DNA of 59,664 bases, counting the filler, from Squatina squatina (taxonomy: Eukaryota), in assembly GCA_031763465.1 (NCBI GenBank). It is 3 parts of 3 records of this genome, joined end to end, with 100 filler letters (N's around TTAATTAATTAA, not from the genome) between each part and the next. Parts side by side here need not be neighbours in the genome. Positions count along the whole stretch, not along the records: positions 36,014 to 59,664 come from JARFOE010000057.1; 2 more parts are not named here. One strand, given 5' to 3'. The stretch's first letter is position 1. Each line of letters begins with the position of its first letter. The notes below the pieces were generated by a model. It saw only the letters and a list, made by a program, of their open reading frames with translations, searched no databases and was not told where the DNA came from. The position numbers were made by a program, and so were the translations under genes. Positions 36,014-49,992 of the stretch are shown in pieces.

Positions 36014-38514
36014 CGTGGCTCCCACATTACTACAACTCATCAAGGATATCAGATTATAATTGATTTCAAACCACTGAACAAGTATCCCAATGCATGAAAC
36101 CTTTCTGAAAGGAAGCTAATGGAACACTTTGTGTCTTAAGGAGCAAGATACAAGGGACAAGCACAAGCTAAAAAGGTGATAGAAAGTTACACAAGTGAGG
36201 GCATGACAGCAACAGACACAATAAATATTTTCAGCACAAATCCTCCAAGTGCTAGTGTTTTGTTAAGTGGGGACAACAACAATGCAAAGTTGCAAACATC
36301 ATGCCGTGCTAAAAATATGACTGAAATGCAGACAAGTTCTTACGCTACCGCATCAGCAAAAGCTATACATCCACAGGATTCCTTCGGTCACAACGTGCTA
36401 CAAGGGTCAGGGGGACAATATGAATCCTGAAATTACTGATTCTGAAACAGTGAGAATGAGCCTTGGTCTGACTCCACAACTGTACCCAAAGCATTGAGAA
36501 CAATGGAATTAGGGTATCAGAACAACCCATTTTCTATCAACTGTAGCTGATTAAATAAATGTCATCAATTATTAGTTAGAACTCTCAGCCTGATGGTTGA
36601 CATATGCTCATTGAATAGATAGTAATCTAATATTCACTACGGAGAATAATAAAATGCACACATCATGCTAATAAACTGTAAATCAATATACATTCATATT
36701 TTGGCCTTCTTGATGGCTCAAGCTGGTTAAGCCAGTAAGTAGTTAAGCTAAATAACAACTTGCATTTATATAGTGCCTTGAGCATGAAAAAAACATCCCA
36801 AGGCGCTTCACAGAAATACAAGACCAAAAATCTCTCTCTTAGGCAGTCCCTCGGGTGCGANNNNNNNNNNNNNNNNNNNNNNNNNNNNNNNNNNNNNNNN
36901 NNNNNNNNNNNNNNNNNNNNNNNNNNNNNNNNNNNNNNNNNNNNNNNNNNNNNNNNNNNNGCTCCTGCCCCGTGAGCCTCCCATGGGGCACAAATCAATT
37001 TTGTAGCCCTTATTTTCCAAGGATTAGGTAGCCTCCTTATTCCTCCTACCAAAATGCACCATCTCACACTTATCCGTATTGAAAATCGTTTGTCACTTAC
37101 ATGCCCATTCTACAAGTTTATTTACAGTAGAATTAATTAAAAGCTTTTAGTTTGTCCTGTACAAACTCCATTTAATAAAAAATTACTTGTCAGAAATGAC
37201 TGGGATATAAAAGAACTGCATTCTAATGCATTAGCACTTCAGAAACATCACTCAGTTACACGGTTATGCATTGACAAACAATCCAAAAGCCCAGGGTGAG
37301 CTGAAAGAGGCAAATCTATTCATGCACTTTGTCTTCATTTTAATTCAAATTACATCACCCAGTCATGATACCTGTGACAAAATCAAACTGTGAATTGCAC
37401 ATTACGTCTCGTGAAGCATAAAAATAATTTTTCTTAAATACAAGTTTGATTTATTGTTAAAATGTCAGATATTGCCATTTTACAAACAGCATCAATCTTG
37501 ACCAGAAAATATATTATTGGGAGTGAATCAACTGCTCATCCACTAGGTGGTACAGTCAATTCTTTTAAAGTACACTGAACTAGGCCAAGGCAAGTTTCAA
37601 TACATTCTTGAAGTCCAAAGTTTATTTTTCTTTAGGCAGTTGTAAATCTGATGGCAATTCCAATGAGTCATAAGCACATCAGAAGAATGTCCTTGTATCT
37701 GCACAAAACCACTTCATAACACACAAGCTGCATCTCATGTAAAATACAGTACTTCCAACCTTAGAACCAATAGCGCCACAAGAATTTAATACACTTATTG
37801 TATTATCAGAGCAATAAAGACTCACATTTAATAGAAGCATTTGCAAAGGTGACAATGTGTTTAGTCCTTTTCATTTACATACAACAGCTGTACATCATTT
37901 CAAACCTGAACTGAGTGGTCTATTTAACCATAAAATACAGATGTGTTTACAAGCTTTAAATAATGTGTACATTCCCCAACATGTGACAGAAATGCTCAAA
38001 TTATAACACTAAATGATATCTAATAGCATATTCATAGTTTTTAAAAAGGCCACCAACAGTTGCATAATGTAAATTCCCAGCAGTCTGAACCCTCCTATGG
38101 AGATTTTGTATGTACACAATCTTTATACTGTATAAAGGACTTTTAACAGTTCAGTCTGTTTGTATTCTATTCAGTAGCAATACTACTGCAAGCCCTGTTG
38201 TGCTCAGGATTTTTAAAATAAAAACCAGCCAATGCATTTTCAGTAACCTGTAGGCTTGACTAAGGTAAACAAAAAGCACGCAAAACTGACGGCCTTTTCT
38301 GTACCACTGAATGTGTATATATACACACACACAAACTTTGATTTCAGTACCGTATTGCCATTGCCTATGCGAGACATTTTAACAATGGAATGCACTANNN
38401 NNNNNNNNNNNNNNNNNNNNNNNNNNNNNNNNNNNNNNNNNNNNNNNNNNNNNNNNNNNNNNNNNNNNNNNNNNNNNNNNNNNNNNNNNNNNNNNNNGGT
38501 GTGAAACAGACGAA

Positions 38515-38620
38515 AGAAAGACAGACTTGCATTTATATAGCGCCTTTCACTACCACCGGATGTTTCAAAGCGCTTTACAGCCAATGAAGTACTTTTGGAG
38601 TGTAGTCACTGTTGTAATGG
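38515..38620 (-). mobile_element. Deu-type SINE 3' tail
   Basis: CTTGCATTTATATAGCGCCTTTCA...GTCACTGTTGTAATG; related tails at 10952-11015 (+) and 36752-36830 (-). Confidence 0.75.
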
Positions 38621-39567
38621 GATAAAAGCTTCCATTCTTTTCTGCACATCATTGAGAGGAGTTTGTACAACTTTCACCCAGTGGTTAATGGGCATGAATT
38701 TGTTAAAAAGCTGCCCACAACATCCCCAAGTGGCACTGTTGGCAGATTTGGTCAGACAGATACAAGGCTCGTCATTGTGGAAAACAAATGTCGCACTGAC
38801 GCTCCTATAATTGATGAACATTGGCTTGTGTCTAGTGTGTTCTGTAATTGATATGAGCTTGATACAGAGACTTTGTGGAAAATGTAAAAAAGAAACCTTC
38901 TGCCCCCGCCCCCCCCTTACACCCCGCACTGGCATCGCACACTTCTTAAAAGAAAACAAAGTTCACCAAAACTACTTGAGAACAAAATGCAAAAACTAGC
39001 AACGGTACATTAAAATGCATCTTTGAGCCAGCCTTAATCTGAATCAGTTTTTTCTTGGATCAAATGTTGTTTGGATGAGAAAAACAAGACGTAGGATGGT
39101 GACCGTCAACAGCACAAATATTTAACTTCACACAGTCACAGAGACACAACTAAAGGCTTCTGACCATTTTAAAGTTTTCACTTCAAACCAAATCAAAACA
39201 ATTAGAGAAAAAGAAATTAAAATCCACTGCTGACAATGAAGGCAACAGAAATAAATTGAAAGGAAGGCAGTTGAATTGAATACGAGCATCACATTAAAAT
39301 AATAAAACAGCATATTGCACGTATAATTAATACTTTCTGTACCATACAGTCTAGCTGATGGTTTTTATTTAAAAAGGAACGAGCCATGGTCTGCAGTGAT
39401 TTTAATTACTGTGCAAAGAAGTGAATACTGCATAACAAAGATTCTTCCNNNNNNNNNNNNNNNNNNNNNNNNNNNNNNNNNNNNNNNNNNNNNNNNNNNN
39501 NNNNNNNNNNNNNNNNNNNNNNNNNNNNNNNNNNNNNNNNNNNNNNNNGTGGAAATACTGAACGTAC

Positions 39568-39618
39568 CCTTTTCTCCATCTCCAGCATTGAAGACTTATC
39601 AGAAATCCGTTCTTGTTT
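39568..39618 (-). CDS. PPP1R12B: Myosin phosphatase targeting subunit exon
   Basis: KQERISDKSSMLEMEKR; AG/GT. Confidence 0.85.
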
Positions 39619-39733
39619 CTGAAATGGACAAATACCTACATTAGTTTGTGCTGAACTACCAACAGGGCTTTCTACATCACAGAATTTAAGGATTATAAAA
39701 AAAGCTTTTCATGAAAGCTTGTAATCTCTGAAC

Positions 39734-39838
39734 CTGTGTAGCTTTCTCCAGCTGTGCTTTTACTTCAGCGAGTTCAAGCTGTGCCTCTTGCAGTTTGGCT
39801 TTAAGTTTCTCATTTTCAGTCAAGGCCTCTTCATATAA
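39734..39838 (-). CDS. PPP1R12B: MYPT coiled-coil exon
   Basis: [35 protein letters not shown], closest to the recalled MYPT2 sequence. Confidence 0.87.
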
Positions 39839-42800
39839 CTTAAAAAGAAAACCAATTTATGAATTATATTCAGTTATATATTATGAATTTCAATTTAAGC
39901 ATAAAGCTTGAAATTTTAATTGTTTCAAAGGTAATAAGAATGTGGACGGGCTACATTTTCTTCCCACCCAGCCTATGATTAGCGCAGGCTTAGGTTTAAA
40001 CCTTGTTACATACAAAAAACATTTACTGGTAAGTAATGAGAACACTGCCACCCTTGTCTAGCAAAGATTAAGAAAGAGAATTATGGCTCCTAATCAGCTT
40101 GCACACATAAAAACTGACAATCTCCCTTTATTGNNNNNNNNNNNNNNNNNNNNNNNNNNNNNNNNNNNNNNNNNNNNNNNNNNNNNNNNNNNNNNNNNNN
40201 NNNNNNNNNNNNNNNNNNNNNNNNNNNNNNNNNACCTCTCGATGATGTATGAATACAGTAAGTTTTGTTTTGTTCTTATTGCCTTAGCTGGGCTGCTTCA
40301 TGCACTGCTTTCTTTTGACATTCCAATTTTTTTCTGACTTGAATAGGAATGCTGGAGTTAAGCCAAAGGCACCATTCGCTTTCAGCTGGGAATTAAGTTT
40401 TTTCTCTGAGGAAGAAACTCCTTAAAAAGTTCCCTGACATACATACGGGTTCAGTAGTTTTAACAAGGAAGTCACTAATTCAGGAGGTAGAAGTTCCTAG
40501 ATTTAAAATAAGATAGAACAATATTACAAAATCACTTTTGGAACAGTTTGCCTCTTAGTTTTGTTCATTCAAATCTCTCAATGAAGCAAACTGCCTTGGT
40601 CAACAATTAACTCTTTGCTATCACTAAGTGACGGATGGAAGCATTCTGTAGTTGCATGGCATAAAATTTAGACTATTAATTGCAGCTGGTTACTTCTCAA
40701 TTTATAAACTGTATAGAGCTCAACACTATAGCTGCAAATGCCTTTTTCAACATAATCCATGCCTTGTTCTCATCTCAAGGGGACGACTGGGTTTAGGAAC
40801 AACCATGCTGGAAAGTAGGGTGGAATTCTACACATGAACCTGCAATTCAGACTCATACTTTTGGCAGGCTATCATATTTGATTTGCAACTAGGATAAATT
40901 ATCGATTGTTAGGATTATTTGCAGTTTGAATGCTGTATATTCTACTGGAGCTGGAATGTAAGCAATCCTAAAATAATCAGAAGAACCCTTAATTTGCTCC
41001 CAAGCAGAAATTTCCACCATAGTTAACACCATCTATAGACATCAAGAAAATAAAATAAATGGTAATAAAGCAAAAATCAGATAAACAGACAACTATTGGT
41101 TACATACCTATACATAACAGCATATAACTGAAGTCTTCTACAAGTCAGACATCAACTGTGGCAGATGCACAGTACTAGTCAAATATTACTCTTCCTTTGT
41201 TATTTGACACATTCGCCCTTGAACTGAAAGATTATTTTTGTAAAATGAATTGCTCCAGATTTGCAGCCATTGCAGTGTAAATAGCTCAGTCATGCAGCTT
41301 TTTTATGGGGATTCAGATTCGCATATAAATGCTGTATAAATTCTAAATGCAGGCAATTATGAGCAGTTGTATCTTGTGTTGATCTACATGTACTGTATTG
41401 TCATATCATTTGTAGGAGAACCATCACATTACAAATGTTTGTCAAAAGGCAGCGATTGTTGTCACAGGCATAACTGTGACCGTATTTTATTCCAGAGACA
41501 TTGGAACAGCCCTCACGGAACCAACACAAACTTATAATTAGAGTCGGTTGTACTATGCAATTGAAGTCTTGTATGTAGTACACATCCCACTGTCGCACTT
41601 TAAATATGTCCACAGTCTATNNNNNNNNNNNNNNNNNNNNNNNNNNNNNNNNNNNNNNNNNNNNNNNNNNNNNNNNNNNNNNNNNNNNNNNNNNNNNNNN
41701 NNNNNNNNNNNNNNNNNNNNCTGGATCTTGCACTGCTTTTAAGAGATCGTCCTAAATTAATTATATTTTTAAATTATAAATCTGCTAACTTCTGTTTCTC
41801 CCCAGTCTTTTATAAAAGTTCACAATAAACTAATAGTTTGATACTGTACTTAATTTTACTTACTGGTCACCTATTCCTTGACCTGCATCGAAGCAGTAAG
41901 CTCCACGCTCTGCCCAGACATACCTTACCATATTTGGAAATCAGCTGAGTAACCAGTGTATCCAAGACGAAGCAGCTCTATACCTAGAAAGGGCACAACT
42001 GAACTATATCCTAACCCTTCACATTTCAATGAAGCAGCATTTGAGAATTTCAGAATACAAAGTGAGTCTTTCAGAAACAAAGGTCACAGGCTTTGTAAGT
42101 TGTCAGAGAAATAGCTACTACATGTTGTAGATGGAAACAAATCAAAACGTACATTGTGTACAATACAGCACATTAACATTTTTATGAGCACTTTTAGAAA
42201 CAGATTAGAAAAGAAAATAGAATCCTTGTGTTAATGAGGGCTGATGCAAGTACACTTAAATNNNNNNNNNNNNNNNNNNNNNNNNNNNNNNNNNNNNNNN
42301 NNNNNNNNNNNNNNNNNNNNNNNNNNNNNNNNNNNNNNNNNNNNNNNNNNNNNNNNNNNNNGACCATAGTGATCAGTGCAACTGTCGGCAGCCACACTTT
42401 ATGCAGACAGACAAGTGCCCCGAGGTCTTATTCTAACCTCAGTCTTCAAAGCCAGTTTTCGCATTTGTCAAGTAAATTAAATGCTTATTTATTCAAGAGT
42501 GTATGAGTTAACAGCAAGGAGCATCATGGATGAAAATGACCCTCAACTAAATCTGACTATTTACGTGAAGTGCAAACCTTATTTTAAAAAAATGCGAAGG
42601 ATATATACTTGGGCAGGAGAATGTTATCCCTTACATGCTTAAGCTATTATATGGAAATTTCTACTTTTGCATTAATAGATGTGCCACAAAAATATTTTCA
42701 AATAAATAACTGTATTTAATTTATTTTTTCTAATCAGTAACCACAACAGATTTGGATTCAAGCGGTTAGATAAATACAATGGTTGGAAAGAAAAGTTAAT

Positions 42801-42964
42801 TAGACCAAAAGGAAGTTCAATTCTTTATTTGTCAGCAATGGACAGAATTTTATTAACAATCTAAAGCGGTAATGGATCAGGAGTAAGTGTGACACTGAAC
42901 ACTTGAGCAGAATCAATTTCTAACTTATAATGGCTAAACATTAAAGTTCTCTAACACCACTGAC

Positions 42965-43055
42965 CTGTGTTGATCTCCTCGTTTGTCTGGCCTGCCTGGA
43001 TCGAGCTTTTCTCTGTGATTCTGCTTCCTCATCTCGGACAGGGGTGAGATAGGAC
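42965..43055 (-). CDS. PPP1R12B: MYPT exon with the inhibitory RRSTQ phosphosite
   Basis: RSYLTPVRDEEAESQRKARSRQARQTRRSTQ; AG/GT. Confidence 0.9.
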
Positions 43056-43720
43056 CTGAAATATGTCAGCACAGAGATAAGGTTTTTTTTGGAAAAGGAC
43101 TGCAACAGGCAAATGATTGTGAGGTCAGCATCGATGACTATGTCTATTTCTTCAGTGTAAATCATGGAATCACCAACTGCAGTAACTTCTGATGCTGAAG
43201 AATTTTAGCAGGTGATTCGACATAGTGGAAGCTAAATATTTGAATAGTAGAAAACATATCTCTTCAGAACAACTTATTTTAGTTCCAGTACTAATGTACC
43301 ATACGCTAATAAACTTAATATATTGNNNNNNNNNNNNNNNNNNNNNNNNNNNNNNNNNNNNNNNNNNNNNNNNNNNNNNNNNNNNNNNNNNNNNNNNNNN
43401 NNNNNNNNNNNNNNNNNNNNNNNNNACATCATATCCACCACTAAAGAAAGTCAATCCATTTTTTCTCCCTAAAGGCACCTTTCCTAGCATTATCAGGAAC
43501 CAGTTAATATTCCCTGTTCTTCGGACAGCTTCACTTGCACGCTAAACATTTCTGTATCTAGAAAGTACACGTTTTAAAGATAATTTTACAACTTTATGAA
43601 GTTTAAAGTCTTCAAAAATAAAATGTAATTGAGAATGGAAACAGACTTCATTGTTCAATTGTCCCCTTTCGGCTATAAAGCAGGCAGCAGCTACTGTTCA
43701 TAAAATAAAATAAAAGATAC

Positions 43721-43740
43721 CTCTTTACGTAGGCCCGCAT
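43721..43740 (-). CDS. PPP1R12B: Candidate internal alternative first coding exon, MRAYVK(R)
   Basis: GCAAG-ATG context; AG|GTATCT phase-2 donor compatible with the 43055 acceptor. Confidence 0.45.
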
Positions 43741-44974
43741 CTTGCTTTCAAGGTCAGAACAAAAACTTAGAATTATGGAAAGAGGCTGCTTCACAGCAGA
43801 CTGCAGTAATTAAGTATAGTCTCAATGGAAGACAGGCAAACCCTTGCATTATGCTAGATACCTCAGAGCTTGTGAGCAAGAAGCAAGTGTATGAACACTG
43901 CAGCTCTGCAGGAAGTGATATCACTGACAGCTTCTGTCGTACTTATTTAACCTAAAGTACCTTCGCTGTAAAAGCCAGCGTATCATTTCATTTTCCATTA
44001 ACTGATTCAAGCAGCTTTGCACATTGCTGTAGTGGTATTATGTTGGACACATTTTCTAATTTAGACTTCTCAAATACATATCATGAATAATTTTCACAAT
44101 TAAGAAGCCAAACACAAACTTGGCAAAAAACTTAAAAATATAGCAAGTCTTTTCCTTTGTGTTCATTTAAGAAAGTCCTCCAGGACTTAAAAAATATTGA
44201 AATATTTGAGCAAACAGGACTTGCTTTCTGGAATCTGACATGATGGAATCTGTGAGCCAAAGAGCCAAAACTATTGTGGACACAGAGCTTAAAACACCAA
44301 AAGGCAAGTGCAGAAGATGACAAACAATATTCCGAACATACTTTCAATGGGAGGCAAGCAGGCACACATATTTATTAACCCTGAAATTCTCATTATTTAC
44401 AAGGCAAAACATTGATGCAGACTCAGATTTGTAACAAAAAATATGCAAACCTTTCCCAAATGGAAACTACAACCTTGGACAGAGCTCTAGACAAATTGGA
44501 GTCGAAAATTTTGAAGTTTTACATAATAGTAGAGCCTAATTATCCCTCGCCAGTGCAGGGGGATGCCACCCCCTTGGTTTATCGGGATTAACTCGCGTAG
44601 TTATCAACCGATTGCGATGCAACTTTCAGTACCCTACTTTTGAACCATTTAACACATACTCCCCAAAAATATACTTCTATCCTCCATGACCCGTGACCTA
44701 TGACGTGTTTCTCACGGTCATGTCNNNNNNNNNNNNNNNNNNNNNNNNNNNNNNNNNNNNNNNNNNNNNNNNNNNNNNNNNNNNNNNNNNNNNNNNNNNN
44801 NNNNNNNNNNNNNNNNNNNNNNNNTGGTTTCACCCTAGCATGCATTATTTGAGCTTAAAGCAGATTTCACTTCAGTACTAAATCAAAAGCTTAGGTAGGT
44901 TTGTTATGTAATGAGTACATAACTCTTCCCTACTGCTTGGCAATTTTAGATAGTAAATATTTGAGTTGTTCAGA

Positions 44975-45230
44975 CGACAAGATCCCAGGTTCGATCCCAC
45001 AGCTGTGTTGAGTTAGTTGATCTGAGCTGGGATAGCAGTAGTGGGAAAATTCCTCAAGCTTCCCACCCCTGATTGCTATCAAGGCACCTCTGGTGAAAGT
45101 GCATGTGCAGTCGTTGGGCGAGTACAGGATTCAACAATTCATCAACACTCGCTATTTAGGTTCAGGCATGGGCATGGTAATGGATATGTCTGGTTTTACA
45201 GCAAGAAGTCGATGTCCTCAAGAGGGTAGA
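44975..45230 (+). mobile_element. tRNA-derived SINE
   Basis: B-box GGTTCGATCCC at 44988-98 followed by a body shared with 35560-35913. Confidence 0.55.
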
Positions 45231-46219
45231 GGAGATAATGGTTTAGAAAAAGGGTAATAAAAACAAATTAGGATGGACTAAGACTGGGACTTTCTAAGCA
45301 TACATTTGGTTAAAAAATATCTACTTCCAACAGGGGCATCTCTTTTCTCCCCCGCTCCCCTTCCATAAGTTTCTTCCACAAATCATGTACAACACATCCC
45401 ATCACGGACTCTACCCCACCTTAAAATTCTATGACAACAATGTAATTGTGGCTGAAAGAGCAGATTTGTAAACATAATTACAAGACAGCAATGGCTGAAC
45501 ATGATGACAGTGGCATTTGGTAACCACATATTTAATGTGTAATTTCTTGTATATCCGCCTTTAAACCTAGATTGGTTTAATTGGTCTGTGTAAAGGTAGC
45601 AGTATTATGCATAGTTCAACAAGTTAACTTTGAAATCAATTCTTACACTGGTTATTGTCTGCTTTAGATAGCTCTATATTGGCACCATCACTCTCAAAAA
45701 CGACAAGCGAAAAAAAGTCACGACAACTCACAGGCTCTTCAAGAATGTCAAAAAGCAGAACACAACAAAGCAGTGTCACTGCTGGAAGCCAAATTCAGCA
45801 CTACCTCACAGAATTCTTGAAAAATATGCATTAGGCAACAGGAAATTTACTGGGTTTTGTTCTTAAAAATTGGCATTGCCTAATATGTAACTTGAGACTA
45901 AATCCAAGTTAAAACAAACCTTTTTTGACTACCTTTGTCGACTATTAGACCATAAAATTTTATTAATTTACAGAGCAGCACAGAAAAATAACCAGTGGGG
46001 TGGTGGTTTAGTGAATCTCAGCCATTTTCATACAATACATTTGAGAACGATTCTTAATCATGTAAAATACAAATTAAGAGACTAAAAATATCTAAGAGCC
46101 TTGATACAAATTGATCAGTGAATTTTTTATCCATAATTTTGACAAAATGGTTGGATAAAAATGGCATTTTTGCATTATGTTCGATTTCATCTGCATAAAA
46201 GAAACCTGTTCTTGCTCAC

Positions 46220-46366
46220 CTTCGTTGATACGTAGGCATTGTATTAGTAGTTGCTGCATTTACAGACATGCCGCCTTCATTTCCTACATGATTTGTATCC
46301 TTTGCATCATCCTTCCACTGTCGCCTTGTATAAGAACCACTTCGTACCAGACTAGCTGCTGATTCC
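46220..46366 (-). CDS. PPP1R12B: MYPT central exon
   Basis: ESAASLVRSGSYTRRQWKDDAK resembles MYPT2 ESAVNLVRSGSYTR; AG/GTGAG. Confidence 0.85.
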
Positions 46367-46869
46367 CTTTAAACACAAGAAAATGATTTGTTTTAAGTCA
46401 GATAGTATGTGCTATATTACTGTCAGGTGCATAAATCTGGTCAAGTTAATAGTATCCTGCATCTAGTATTATGTAAAAGAGCTGAGCAAGACAGAAAATA
46501 CTAATTTCTCTTAAATTCGATTTTTCATCTTTTTCTTTTCCAATTTGACAAAGTTGTAAATTATTAGTTAAGGCGACACAAAATGTGACTTAAGAATGTT
46601 CAACCAATATAGTCCATTACCAAATATCACGAAAAGTTGTAAATAGTTTAGATTATACTTTCAACCACAAGCAAAGTGAGTTACCTTGGGCAAAGTGAAA
46701 GCATTGCTTAACTAAACATTCTAGTTTTGGGAGATTAGCTAATATGTACGTGGAGAAACAAACCAAGGATGGGCCTGTCCTACTTTATTAGCAATGAACA
46801 GTTCTTCAGTTGCTAAAAGGAAGAGTAGCAACTGAAATGCCAAGGTACTTTAGCTGAAATAGAACTGAC

Positions 46870-46961
46870 CTATTTTCCTTTTCTTCAATATCAGATGTGC
46901 TGTGCAATCTTCTGCTAGGGATTGTTGGTGCAACATACACAAGCCTAGTTTTATCTTTATC
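46870..46961 (-). CDS. PPP1R12B: MYPT central exon
   Basis: DKDKTRLVYVAPTIPSRRLHSTSDIEEKENR; phase matches the next exon. Confidence 0.85.
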
Positions 46962-48064
46962 CTGTATGGTGAAAACAAAAAGATCAGGAGTTTAGTTATC
47001 ATCCCATGAATGGCGGAGCAGCCATAAGTGTGTGAAGGGCTCATGTTCACCGCTATGATGCCTGGGGGAAGACTCCATTTCCATTTGCAAATAGAGCAGA
47101 AAGGGGCGACGACNNNNNNNNNNNNNNNNNNNNNNNNNNNNNNNNNNNNNNNNNNNNNNNNNNNNNNNNNNNNNNNNNNNNNNNNNNNNNNNNNNNNNNN
47201 NNNNNNNNNNNNNCCTCCGTACGCTCCTGGATACCAACCCAGCGAGAAGGTTGAGTAGTAAAAGTTCAAGTGCTAATGTGTGTCTGCTTTCATAGTTAGT
47301 CTGTATGTCTGTCCCCAAAACAAATAGTGGATTAGTGTGGTAAGACATCTATATGCCACGCACTGCTGCCATGCCTCTTTTTTCAGGGGACCTGATGGCA
47401 CAGGTCGACCCCTCTGGCTGGTGAAATGCAACCAAACTGCACAATTATCATCAATTCATGACAGTGGTGGAGAGTGTGATGAAGGGGAACAGCTGAGAAT
47501 GGGTTGGAGTGGGATTTTAATGATATAAATCCATCTCAGAGACAGATGTGTCCAAGCCTAAGCCCACTGTACATCCACCGTGGTGATAAATCTAACAATT
47601 CAATCTTTTAATTAAAAAAAACTGTAGGGTGCTGTCCCAGGAGGTGGTTCAGTATCCTGTGTGAAGTGCATTTCAACAGCTTCAATCCAATTCCAAGTAA
47701 ACATTAATTCACAACCAGTACTCAAATACAAAAGTTAGGTTTAAAAAAAGTGTTTGCACAGTGAAAATCAGTTTATTAAAAGCAACTGACCACTTTGTTA
47801 ACAGCCTCCATGTCAGAAAAACTCTCGACAAGGATTCTACAGGCTTCTTCTTTGCACCAGTGAGCAGCAGCATGCAGTGGAGTCCAGCCATCATTGTCCT
47901 TGATATTTACATCATATCCAGCCTGTATTAGGAGCCTTGAAAAGAAGCACCAGTATCAAAATGTGCTGCAGTTTCTCTGCCCTTCCTCCCATCCTGTCAA
48001 ATTGTCCCGATCTTATCCCTTTGGCCTTCGCCTGAACCTCATGCTAGCTGTGGCTACATACCTG

Positions 48065-48205
48065 TTACAATAAAAACAGAAAATGCCAGAAATAAATCAA
48101 GTTATTGACTTGAAATGTTAACTTCTGCCTGACCTGCTGAGCACTCCCAGCATTTTCTGTGTTTATTTCAGTTTTTCAGCATCCGCAGTGTTTTGCTTTT
48201 GACAT
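48065..48205. mobile_element. Penelope-like terminal remnant (inverted arrangement)
   Basis: AATAAAAACAGAAAATGC ... GCATTTTCTGTGTTTATT..CAGCATCCGCAGTG; same tail as 12320-12370. Confidence 0.6.
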
Positions 48206-49235
48206 ACCTTTTATTCCTGATGCAAGACGATACTGTGTATGGGGCATGCCAATGAACTTGAGCTACATGGGGCACTCTCAGCTGAACCCANNNNNNNNNN
48301 NNNNNNNNNNNNNNNNNNNNNNNNNNNNNNNNNNNNNNNNNNNNNNNNNNNNNNNNNNNNNNNNNNNNNNNNNNNNNNNNNNNNNNNNNNNNNNNNNNNN
48401 NNNNNNNNNNNNNNNNNNNNNNNNNNNNNNNNNNNNNNNNNNNNNNNNNNNNNNNNNNNNNNNNNNNNNNNNNNNNNNNNNNNNNNNNNNNNNNNNNNNN
48501 NNNNNNNNNNNNNNNNNNNNNNNNNNNNNNNNNNNNNNNNNNNNNNNNNNNNNNNNNNNNNNNNNNNNNNNNNNNNNNNNNNNNNNNNNNNNNNNNNNNN
48601 NNNNNNNNNNNNNNNNNNNNNNNNNNNNNNNNNNNNNNNNNNNNNNNNNNNNNNNNNNNNNNNNNNNNNNNNNNNNNNNNNNNNNNNNNNNNNNNNNNNN
48701 NNNNNNNNNNNNNNNNNNNNNNNNNNNNNNNNNNNNNNNNNNNNNNNNNNNNNNNNNNNNNNNNNNNNNNNNNNNNNNNNNNNNNNNNNNNNNNNNNNNN
48801 NNNNNNNNNNNNNNNNNNNNNNNNNNNNNNNNNNNNNNNNNNNNNNNNNNNNNNNNNNNNNNNNNNNNNNNNNNNNNNNNNNNNNNNNNNNNNNNNNNNN
48901 NNNNNNNNNNNNNNNNNNNNNNNNNNNNNNNNNNNNNNNNNNNNNNNNNNNNNNNNNNNNNNNNNNNNNNNNNNNNNNNNNNNNNNNNNNNNNNNNNNNN
49001 NNNNNNNNNNNNNNNNNNNNNNNNNNNNNNNNNNNNNNNNNNNNNNNNNNNNNNNNNNNNNNNNNNNNNNNNNNNNNNNNNNNNNNNNNNNNNNNNNNNN
49101 NNNNNNNNNNNNNNNNNNNNNNNNNNNNNNNNNNNNNNNNNNNNNNNNNNNNNNNNNNNNNNNNNNNNNNNNNNNNNNNNNNNNNNNNNNNNNNNNNNNN
49201 NNNNNNNNNNNNNNNNNNNNNNNNNNNNNNNNNNN

Positions 49236-49430
49236 ATTTCTTGGTCCTCCTTTGCTGAATTCTAAAATGCTCCCAATCCTCAGGCTTACTCCTTTTCCTG
49301 GCAACTTTATAAACCTCTTCCTTTAATTTAATACTATCTTTAATTTCTTTTGTTAGCCACCGTTGGACCACTTTTCTTGTTGGGATTTTGTGCCTTAAAG
49401 GAATATATATTTGTTGCAAGCTATGTATTA
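49236..49430 (-). mobile_element. CR1 LINE ORF2 fragment
   Basis: LQQIYIPLRHK..WLTKEIKDSIKLKEEVYKVARKRSKPEDWEHFRIQQRRTKK. Confidence 0.8.
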
Positions 49431-49992
49431 ATCCTTCCAGCTGTCTTTTAATAAACTTGCAGAATGTGAATGTAATTGGCAAATGACTCGATATCAGGGC
49501 AGTTTCTTGGCCGGGTATCTTAAACATTATTGTTAAATCTATGTAGTATTATTGCATGTTCTGTTATCTCTGCTGCCTCTACCATTTTTCTCATTCCAAA
49601 GATCGTGTTTGGAATTTTTATGTAGCTTTCTGTTTACTTATAATATGCCATATACATCCATATTATCTCTGATATGACTGAATATACTTTGGCACAATAG
49701 TTTGCAATTCCTAATAAACTCTATTGTGTTGTATTTAATTTCTTATGGTACAGTCAATCCCACCCCTTCCCAGTGAGATTCTTTTTACTATAATAAATAA
49801 ACAAAACAACAAACAAAAACATATCATTCCATTACCTCACTATAAAATAGGGATGTAGACTTAATCAGCAAAGCAAAGGTATTCAAAGTTACCTAGATTA
49901 TTTTAATAAACTAAAGATGACCACAAACTATATTCACAATGATGCCAAGGCCAGTGCATTTCATGGTATTTTATCATCTCTCAAGCACTTAC

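Noticed and set aside
44980-45000. Possible tRNA gene (GGTTCGATCCC)
   Set aside because: No cloverleaf; it is followed by a SINE body shared with another copy.
48159-49527. Long ORFs of 339-438 aa in the ORF track
   Set aside because: They are runs of X across the 945-N gap (48291-49235); the only real peptide is a CR1 fragment.
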